DNA of 64,000 nt from Obrimoposthia wandeli (Eukaryota). How positions within the stretch are numbered: the first letter of the stretch is position 1; each line of letters opens with the position of its first letter. The stretch lies in assembly GCA_977020255.1 (NCBI GenBank), contig CDROCS010001934.1, positions 186,001-250,000 of the forward strand, written 5' to 3'. The position numbers and the translations under genes are program-made. Under the pieces are notes generated by a model that searched no databases, was not told where the DNA came from, and was given only the letters and a program-made list of their open reading frames with translations. Shown here in pieces: positions 63,668 to 64,000 of the stretch.

Positions 63668-64000
63668 GTGAGTAATACACTGTAAAACGTTAAAGAGATT
63701 TAGCATGTTTCCTATTCTCCATTATTCGTTGTAATATTTTGTTAATAGTGTAGCACCTTTTCCATATTGACGACGCAGGGTTTAAAAAGCAAATTTACTT
63801 AATTATTTTGAAATATTTGATTGGCCAATTTGGACCGAGTTTTGTAAGTGCTTCGTTTACTCTCAGCAATATTGTGCGTGTGTTTGGCTGTAGAATTGGG
63901 TTGGTTTTGATGAATAGAGAAGTTAGGTACGTATTGAAAATTGGATTACAATTTCGGTGATAATTAAAAATAGAGTGATGGAAATGCAAATTAGTGCTCA

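Overview
A very AT-rich eukaryotic (animal-like) genomic window with low gene density and GT-AG introns from about 37 nt to about 15 kb. Host genes on the + strand: (i) a single-PDZ NHERF/EBP50/Sip1-type scaffold with exons at 17442-17628, 17682-17914 and 32711-32947; (ii) a prominin-like membrane protein starting at 46218 and probably running past the right edge; (iii) a decayed, intronless HSP60 pseudogene. Most of the rest is old transposon debris: a short-LTR Ty3/Gypsy element (with an apparently intact -1 frameshift slippery site and pseudoknot) nested in a BEL/Pao pol, several Tc1/mariner/pogo/piggyBac remnants, Penelope-like RT/GIY-YIG remnants, and a dispersed LTR-like family with variable tandem arrays. 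Two things stand out. First, a ~2.7 kb cassette (23367-26077) inside the large NHERF intron, bounded by nested inverted repeats and a terminal hairpin, carries a divergent intron-containing TBP-fold gene, a 217-aa orphan ORF and two decayed small ORFs; it looks like a virus-like or mobile gene cassette with no transposase. Second, hammerhead ribozymes: a textbook type I HHR at 39951-40004, a near-intact relative at 11261-11316 (- strand) and a minimal degenerate one at ~18940-18980, the first two in GC-richer non-coding islands. All protein family calls come from motif recognition by eye, not database searches. The host species cannot be determined from the sequence alone.
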